A stretch of 64,000 nucleotides of DNA from an uncultured Planctomycetota bacterium (GTDB taxonomy: Bacteria > Planctomycetota > Phycisphaerae > Sedimentisphaerales > Anaerobacaceae). The notes beneath the pieces are model-generated. The model was given only the letters and a program-made list of their open reading frames with translations, had not been told where the DNA came from and did not search any database. The position numbers and the translations under genes are program-made. Location: assembly GCA_963827315.1 (NCBI GenBank), contig CAWHAL010000004.1, positions 221,829 through 285,828 on the forward strand, read 5' to 3'. Of the stretch, positions 57,718 to 64,000 are shown piece by piece (positions within the stretch are counted from its first letter, which is position 1; each line of letters starts with the position of its first letter).

Positions 57718-60700
57718 ATGATATCGAAAAGTAAATCATGTTCGCGTAGCATGAGGAAGATTGTCTTTGCGGGACTGCTCCTCTGGATTGCGGCTGTTCC
57801 CGGTGGTGCCTGGGGTAAACAAATTGTTTTGAAAGTCGTCGGACCAAACGGAGAAGCATTAGCAATCGCTGAGGTCTATCAATATTATTCGATGCACGAC
57901 GAACAGCCTTGCGGCAAGGAAAAGAAATATGTCTGCGATAAGAAGGGGCTGGTCCGTTTGCCCGAGGACGAGGTATTTCAATACGAATGGCAACGAAAAG
58001 GTGTCGTGCTGTACGGCCTTTACGAGGATAAACTGGCTGGCTTTGCGGATGTGAATGCAGACGACCTTGATAAAGAGGTGGAACTGAAGCTGACACCGGC
58101 GTGCCGAGTTTATGGCAAATTGAAGAGCACAGAGCTGGACAATTTGGGGCAGAAGGTGGAATGGGCGAATGTATATGTTTGCCGCGAGAATAACCGGCCG
58201 TTGTCGTATTCAGGCAGACGAGGGAGATTTGAGTTTTTGCTGCCGAGCGGCGAATATCGATTGGATGCGTATGGGACAAGGTTATATCCTAAACAAGAGG
58301 AGGTCGAAGTCAAAATCGGACAAAAGGAGCTGGAGATAAATCTTGACCTGCTGGCAGACCGGCTGGCGTATTTGATTGGAAAGGAAGCCCCTGAACTGCA
58401 ACAGATAAAGGGGTGGATAAACAGCGAACCGATAAAATTGGCTGACCTTCGAGGAAAGGTCGTCTTGCTGGATTTCTGGGGGACATGGTGCGGCCCGTGC
58501 GTTGGGGCAATACCGAAGTTGATTGACCTGCACGAGAAGTACCACAACAAAGGTCTGGTCATCATCGGCATCCACGATGATTCGATAAAGTCGATGAAGG
58601 AACTAAACGAGAAGCTCAGCGGATTGAGTGAGAAGCGTTGGGACGGCAAAGAGATACCGTTTGTTGTCGCGCTGGATGGAGGTGGGAACTGTAAGATTGA
58701 AGGAACAAAACTGACTGTCCGCGGAGCGACAACAGCAGCATATGGCATACAGAGTTTCCCGACAATGGTGCTGATTGACAAAGAAGGCAAGGTCGTCAAA
58801 GAATATAACCGTGGTGAGGACACTGATGTGCTGGAGAAGTTGCTGGCCGCCGACATTGACAATAAGCCGTACTCTGAGCCAAACCATCTGTCTAAAAATC
58901 TCGAACCGCTAAAACCTGAAGTAGTTCAATCGAAATCCAAATGCGTTTTGTGCGGCTTTATCACCGACTCCAGGACGGGACGGCCCGTTACTGACGCAAC
59001 GGTCAATATAGAGTACAGGTATAACGCCGAAACGGATGCAAACGGATTTTACTGCCTTGAGAAAATCCACCAAGACGGCAATTACAGAATCGGCATTGAT
59101 TCAAATGAATATGTCGGAATATACGACTACGCAGCAATGCCGATTGTAAATCTCAGCGGGAGCAAACAAGTCGTCAAAGATTTCAAGCTCGACAGGGCTT
59201 GTATGATAGAAGTGCGGGTTGTTGATGAAGAGGGCAAACCCGTTGAAGGTGCAGAACTTTTGGCAACCTCACTTGGCGACGAAAGGCGTACAGAAATTGG
59301 CGGCCAAATGCGTCGCAAGCGCACGAATAAAGATGGGATTTTATTGCTCGGCGATTTCCCGCCCAGCAAAACAAGCTATCTGATTACTGCCACGCACAGC
59401 ACAGACATTACGTCCTTGCGCAAGAATGGATTGGGACTCATTCGGAGGCACTGGGATTATGCTCCAGGCAAGCTCGTAGTAACACTTACCAACCCGGAAG
59501 TTGTTGAGTCCGGGAAAATAGTCCTTCAGAAAGGAGTCGATGTTAATGGTTGCGCTCAGTATGAAGATGGCGTGCCGGCAGCAGATTTGCAAATCAGTGC
59601 CTATCCCGATTGGTGGCACAGCAATTACTGTCCCGAAGATTATCCTATTGACGCCAATGGCCATTTTACACTCCGAAACATAACGCCGGGTATCTATCAA
59701 ATTCAAGTTCTTATACCGGCGGGGTCGGGAAGCTCAATGGGTATTAACGTTTTGCAAACCAAGCTGCCTCTACCCAATGATGAACTGATTATGGTGAAAA
59801 TCCCGCAGAAATCGCCGCAGTCATTGGCGTCCATCTGCGGAAGATTGACCTTCGCTGGCGACAAAGTTCCAAATTATGTTGACATATCTGCTTCTTCAAT
59901 AGATGGCAAATATCATTCTTCTACCATGTGGAACAATTACAGGCGTGACGCCTGTGATACGAATTTTGTGATAGACCGGCTTGAGCCTGGAAAGTACAAA
60001 CTCACATTTTCAGCGCCTGATTTGGGGCAGAAGGTTGTTGAGAACGTCGAGGCGCCAAGTGAGGGACTTCAGGTCGAACTTGTATATTGCAGCAAGCCGT
60101 ATCTTACTGGCACCGTTCTAAATTCACAGACTAACCAGCCAATACACCAGTTCAAGGCGAGGGTAAAAAAAATACAGACCTTACGCGGCTCAAATTATAC
60201 GCAATCTGACCAATGGTTTGAGTTTGACGATGCCGAGGGCAGATTTAATATAGAGGCCGTTGGTCCGGGTATATATCAGATTCAGATAGCCGCCGAAGGT
60301 TTTGCTTGGGCGAGGAGCGAAGATGTTAACACCGACCAGAATGTTCCTGTTGTGATTAAGCTTTCGGCCGGCGGTGGCATAAAGGGAAGGATTGTCAACG
60401 AGGCGGGCCAGCCTGTTAACGGAGCCAAAGTCTTACCACTATCGAAAGCAGGCGGGGTCACGGTTGGAATGATGGCCTATACAAGAGAACCGTTTGTTTC
60501 GGAAGATGGGGCGGTTGAGACAGTCGACGGCGCATTTGAATTGAAGCACCTATCGGCAGGAAAGGAAAGTATAAAGGTCGTTCATTCGGGTTATGCCTAT
60601 TCGGTAGTCAGCGACATAGAAGTCAAAGAAAACCAGACGATGGAAGGCATCGAGGTTGTGCTCCACAAGGGTGGAACAGCGGAAGGGTATGTTTATGATG

Positions 60701-62010
60701 CCCGGGGCCAGCCACAGTCAAATGTTACTCTGTATTTTCAAAACGATGCTGGTTACAGCAGCCCGGCAGAAGAAAAGACAGGGCGTCTCGCCACGGTGAC
60801 GACAGATGCAAACGGGTTCTATCGAGTCGGAGGGCTGCCTGAGCAGCTCTGTTATGTAAGACGGCAGGGAGAATGGAGTAGTATGGGTGTGGCTTGCCGT
60901 GCATTCGTGCCAGCCAATGGTAAGGTGTCACGTCTTGATTTCGGCGGCCGGCCCGCTGTGATGGGACGAGTAATTATCGACGGGATTCCCCTTGCCAATC
61001 ACAAGGTTGAGCTCTCGGTGATTAATATGCCACACTCTCCCATCTTTCATTGCTATGCAATGACCGGACCTGACGGCGGGTTTACGTTTGGTGGGATACC
61101 GAAAGGAAAATGGTCGGTTTATTATGAGGACTCCGAAAAGCGCAATAACTGGATTAAAATCGCAACGGTTGACACAGCCGGACAAAATACGGATTTGGGC
61201 GTGATACCGGCAGGACTGAAGACAGTTCGCATCTCGATTGAGTATGAACAGGGTGCACCGAAGTGGGGCATCACGCAGGCATTCCTGCAGGAAGGAAATA
61301 GGCCCTGGAGCCAACCAATGGCCGAAATGAGTAAACCGACTGATGAGAATGAGCCATATATTGTCAGGAATGTCCTGCCGGGCGAGCACTGCCTTGTCCT
61401 AATACGGCAGGATTTTGTGACACTCCGGCACCCAATAGAGGTTACCGAAAACGACGTGAATATAATCGTCCAGATGCCGAAATGTACTTCCGGTATACAC
61501 GGTCGGCTGACCGGCAAATTCAGCGGTCAAACATTGTGGAGAAAGGACAAGACGGTAGTCGGCTATATAAGGCCTGATGCCAATAGCAATTATAAACTTG
61601 ATAATCTGCCCGCAGGAGAGTATCGGCTCGGCGGCAATATGCTCATAGATTCCGCGGCGTTACTGGAGTTTGAACTGGCGGAGGGCGAGCAAAAAGTCTT
61701 GGATATAGATGTACCAAGCACCCCGGCAAGCCAGATAGGTTCGCTGCAGGTAATGGTGCTTGATGAAAACGGGGTCCCGATAACAGGGGCGGACGTCCAG
61801 TTAGAGGGGGACGCCGGCGTGATTGAGCCGATGGCCAGCTTTGGCCAAGGATTCTACTTTATAGCAAAGCCGGGGCCATATACGCTGCATGCTAAATTCG
61901 CCGGTTATAAAAAAGCAAGACAACAAGTATCAATCGAAATTTTGGATTTGCAGAAGATAAAGCATGCTCCCAATCCTGTTCTGCTCCGACTGGAAAAAAC
62001 AGTGGAGTAA
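57718..62010 (+). CDS. giant secreted protein: TlpA/ResA-like thioredoxin domain embedded in many CarboxypepD_reg/Ig-like repeats
   Basis: GGAGGG RBS and a signal peptide. LLDFWGTWCGPCVGAIPKL...GLVIIGIHDD. Many ~80-100-aa units of the type G.V.D..G.P..GA.V. Terminator downstream. Confidence 0.8.
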   Translation: MISKSKSCSRSMRKIVFAGLLLWIAAVPGGAWGKQIVLKVVGPNGEALAIAEVYQYYSMHDEQPCGKEKKYVCDKKGLVRLPEDEVFQYEWQRKGVVLYGLYEDKLAGFADVNADDLDKEVELKLTPACRVYGKLKSTELDNLGQKVEWANVYVCRENNRPLSYSGRRGRFEFLLPSGEYRLDAYGTRLYPKQEEVEVKIGQKELEINLDLLADRLAYLIGKEAPELQQIKGWINSEPIKLADLRGKVVLLDFWGTWCGPCVGAIPKLIDLHEKYHNKGLVIIGIHDDSIKSMKELNEKLSGLSEKRWDGKEIPFVVALDGGGNCKIEGTKLTVRGATTAAYGIQSFPTMVLIDKEGKVVKEYNRGEDTDVLEKLLAADIDNKPYSEPNHLSKNLEPLKPEVVQSKSKCVLCGFITDSRTGRPVTDATVNIEYRYNAETDANGFYCLEKIHQDGNYRIGIDSNEYVGIYDYAAMPIVNLSGSKQVVKDFKLDRACMIEVRVVDEEGKPVEGAELLATSLGDERRTEIGGQMRRKRTNKDGILLLGDFPPSKTSYLITATHSTDITSLRKNGLGLIRRHWDYAPGKLVVTLTNPEVVESGKIVLQKGVDVNGCAQYEDGVPAADLQISAYPDWWHSNYCPEDYPIDANGHFTLRNITPGIYQIQVLIPAGSGSSMGINVLQTKLPLPNDELIMVKIPQKSPQSLASICGRLTFAGDKVPNYVDISASSIDGKYHSSTMWNNYRRDACDTNFVIDRLEPGKYKLTFSAPDLGQKVVENVEAPSEGLQVELVYCSKPYLTGTVLNSQTNQPIHQFKARVKKIQTLRGSNYTQSDQWFEFDDAEGRFNIEAVGPGIYQIQIAAEGFAWARSEDVNTDQNVPVVIKLSAGGGIKGRIVNEAGQPVNGAKVLPLSKAGGVTVGMMAYTREPFVSEDGAVETVDGAFELKHLSAGKESIKVVHSGYAYSVVSDIEVKENQTMEGIEVVLHKGGTAEGYVYDARGQPQSNVTLYFQNDAGYSSPAEEKTGRLATVTTDANGFYRVGGLPEQLCYVRRQGEWSSMGVACRAFVPANGKVSRLDFGGRPAVMGRVIIDGIPLANHKVELSVINMPHSPIFHCYAMTGPDGGFTFGGIPKGKWSVYYEDSEKRNNWIKIATVDTAGQNTDLGVIPAGLKTVRISIEYEQGAPKWGITQAFLQEGNRPWSQPMAEMSKPTDENEPYIVRNVLPGEHCLVLIRQDFVTLRHPIEVTENDVNIIVQMPKCTSGIHGRLTGKFSGQTLWRKDKTVVGYIRPDANSNYKLDNLPAGEYRLGGNMLIDSAALLEFELAEGEQKVLDIDVPSTPASQIGSLQVMVLDENGVPITGADVQLEGDAGVIEPMASFGQGFYFIAKPGPYTLHAKFAGYKKARQQVSIEILDLQKIKHAPNPVLLRLEKTVE

Positions 62011-62053
62011 GCGCAAGGGCAATAAGGGAACTTTTCTTTTTTGGAGAGTAAAC

Positions 62054-62084
62054 AGCTGGGCTGGGATTGGCCCAGCTTTTTTAT
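62054..62084 (+). terminator. intrinsic terminator of the giant gene
   Basis: AGCTGGGC-TGGGATTG-GCCCAGCT followed by TTTTTTATT. Confidence 0.7.
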
Positions 62085-62183
62085 TGGTCGGCTACGGTCC
62101 TGTTTACGACAGGTGTTGACAATGAGCCATGATTGTTTATGCTTTGGCAAGTTGACTGACAAAATAATTGGAGCGTCTAAACG

Positions 62184-62924
62184 ATGTCTACAAAGGTTGC
62201 TGCGATAATTTGTGCCGCTGGTGCGAGCAGGCGGTTCGGCGGAGGAAGGAAAAAGCCGTTTGTCGATGTGGCTGGCAGGGCGGCCTTTCTGCGAAGCGTT
62301 GAGCTATTTTCCAATCGCGATGATGTAAAACAAATCTTGTTGGCCATCGCAGCCGACGACGAAGAGCTGGTAAACGTCAAGTGGGGGCCGAACCTGAAAT
62401 TCTTCAACGTTAAAATATTCTTGGGCGGAGCCGAACGTTTCGACACCGTCCAAAAAGGTCTGGAACTTATTAAAGACGATATCGACCTTATCGCTGTTCA
62501 CGATGCTGTCCGCTGTTGTGTTAAGAGCGAATGGGTTGACGATTGTTTAGCAGCCGCTGCCAGAACCGGCGCTGCCATATTAGCCTGTCCCGTCGTCGCA
62601 ACACTAAAACAGGTTCGCAAAGACATAATAATTAAAACCGTTGACAGGGCGGAACTTTATGAAGCACAGACGCCGCAGGTCTTCGAGGCTTCGCTGCTAA
62701 AGAAGGCTTACGCTAATCTCAAAAATCTGGACAAAAGCAAAATCAGCGACGATGCCCAGTTAGTTGAAGCGCTCGGCCGAGAAGTCTCAATCGTCGAGAC
62801 CGATTCATCCAACATCAAAATTACCGCCCCAGCCGACATTGCAATTGCAGAAGCCATCCTCAAATCCCGTCCCAAACCCAAGCCCAAAGGCCCCATAGGC
62901 CCATATATCGAGGCCCAATGGTAA
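62184..62924 (+). CDS. ispD: 2-C-methyl-D-erythritol 4-phosphate cytidylyltransferase
   Basis: AAIICAAGASRRFGG, AVHDAVR, and a Pro/Lys-rich C-terminal tail. Confidence 0.85.
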   Translation: MSTKVAAIICAAGASRRFGGGRKKPFVDVAGRAAFLRSVELFSNRDDVKQILLAIAADDEELVNVKWGPNLKFFNVKIFLGGAERFDTVQKGLELIKDDIDLIAVHDAVRCCVKSEWVDDCLAAAARTGAAILACPVVATLKQVRKDIIIKTVDRAELYEAQTPQVFEASLLKKAYANLKNLDKSKISDDAQLVEALGREVSIVETDSSNIKITAPADIAIAEAILKSRPKPKPKGPIGPYIEAQW

Positions 62925-63028
62925 AATAATAAGGACACAAAGCACTAAACGCTGAGTGGAACGTTACGGGGTAGCTCTACTGGGCTTTTGGCGATGAGTC
63001 CATCCTGAAATAGGTGAATGTGCTCACT

Positions 63029-64000
63029 TCATAAAGGACTGATGAGGATTCTGTAAGAGCCCCCCATCTTCTGCTTAAGCTGGATTGCTATTTTATTCTT
63101 CTCGTCCCGAAAGGAATCCCTTTTACCGATGTCAAATGCTGCACCTTCAAGATGTGGAATAGACGTATCCGCATTTATCAGTTTGACCGGTGCCCTCCCA
63201 TGACGGCATTCAGCGACGCTGTCATCAGCATACATAATCAAGACGCCGCTTCCGGGCAGATATTTGTCGCAGCCGATGGGTTGGCGGTTCTCAATCAGGT
63301 AATAGGTAGTTGCAGAAAGGGGTATCTTGACGACCGAAACCTCGGAGGAACCATCCTCAAGAGGACCTAAGACTAATTCGGCCCTTTGGCCTGGCTTGAC
63401 GACCTTTATCTTTGATTGGTCGATCCAATTCAATCTCATCCTGGTCCAGGAAGATATGCCGGGTGGCGGTACTTCTCTTTTATAGAAGTGGCAAGACATG
63501 GGGTCCCAGAATCCCATATTAATCATCGCATCAACAGCCACCTCACGTGTCGGACCGGGCTTCGCCTGCAAGTCATGGTCATAGAGGCACGGGACCATTC
63601 TTTTGTCTGCCTTCACCCCTCCAAGAATATGAGCGATGTCGTGGAAGAGAGTTCCAAGATGTGCCTGATAGCAGAAGATTGCTGCTCCTCCTCTGACCCG
63701 TTGGCCGCTCCTGGTTTTTAGAACGTCTTGCGAGCTCCAGCCGAGCATTCCCGGATATCCACAAAGGCCGATCATCCCGTAGTCCGTCACTTTTGCCCCC
63801 ATAAAAATGACCGCGAAGGAGTACTTGGAAAAATCGACTTCCTTATCTGCTGCATCGAGGGCGTCTTCGATTAGTTTCTTAACCCGTGATTTGTCCACTT
63901 CAAGGTTTCTTGACGAGATTTTATACTGGCTGACAGGACTCGGCATTTTGTACCATCTTTTTGTAACATCGATATCCAGAGAAACTTTGCCGTAGGACAT
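63029..64000 (-). CDS. M6/InhA-like metallopeptidase-fold protein with HDxxH in place of HExxH (may continue past the window edge)
   Basis: LFHDIAHILGG ... VPCLYDHD ... GFWDPMSCH ... SSWTRMRLNWI is colinear with M6-family HExxHxLGLPDLYD...WD.MS...GW as I recall it. Confidence 0.55.
   Translation of the reverse strand: MSYGKVSLDIDVTKRWYKMPSPVSQYKISSRNLEVDKSRVKKLIEDALDAADKEVDFSKYSFAVIFMGAKVTDYGMIGLCGYPGMLGWSSQDVLKTRSGQRVRGGAAIFCYQAHLGTLFHDIAHILGGVKADKRMVPCLYDHDLQAKPGPTREVAVDAMINMGFWDPMSCHFYKREVPPPGISSWTRMRLNWIDQSKIKVVKPGQRAELVLGPLEDGSSEVSVVKIPLSATTYYLIENRQPIGCDKYLPGSGVLIMYADDSVAECRHGRAPVKLINADTSIPHLEGAAFDIGKRDSFRDEKNKIAIQLKQKMGGSYRILISPL

Noticed and set aside
57716-58862. 187-aa and 250-aa minus-strand ORFs at the 5' end of the giant gene
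   Set aside because: They are antisense to a frame containing a clear signal peptide and a WCGPC thioredoxin domain. Their composition is low-complexity.

Overview
Chromosomal window, roughly 50% GC by eye, densely coded on both strands. All calls come from reading the sequence and the ORF track by hand, and family assignments come from remembered motifs. Hand-counted coordinates of small features may be off by a few nt.

Gene content suggests a PVC/Planctomycetota-like bacterium (inference only). Supporting genes are the GH29 fucosidase, a PVC-type 'small basic protein', dockerin-like tails, a giant CarboxypepD_reg-repeat protein and a Hanks kinase with FHA signalling.

Housekeeping genes:
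- ribD, ligA, tRNA-Asn
- a complete 9-gene V/A-type ATPase operon (G/H-I-K-E-C-F-A-B-D)
- dnaG (frameshifted) and rpoD
- hisG, rbfA-infB-nusA, pyrF, murD, cobO, ispD

Accessory and signalling genes:
- a Ser/Thr kinase, PPP phosphatase and glycosyltransferase cluster
- a GGDEF cyclase and two tandem PilZ paralogs
- an FHA-GAF protein
- a deleted NCS2 permease remnant
- a 1430-aa TlpA-thioredoxin/Ig-like repeat protein
- a 693-aa TerB-like/TPR/zinc-ribbon protein sitting between two repeat-dense non-coding regions

The most unusual signals are non-coding:
1. Many short tracts with strict 7-nt phasing, in several sequence families, lie in intergenic regions. One is embedded in-frame in murD.
2. 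A mosaic of palindromic units at 36999-37674 includes two identical 104-bp copies and hairpins with compensatory stem changes.
3. A 1.4-kb ORF-free stretch (40329-41749) holds perfect 35-bp direct repeats, twin palindromes and helically phased T-tracts.
4. A consensus promoter, a leader of about 275 nt and an intrinsic terminator lie just upstream of nusA, with no rimP.

I found no CRISPR array, transposase, integrase or rRNA.
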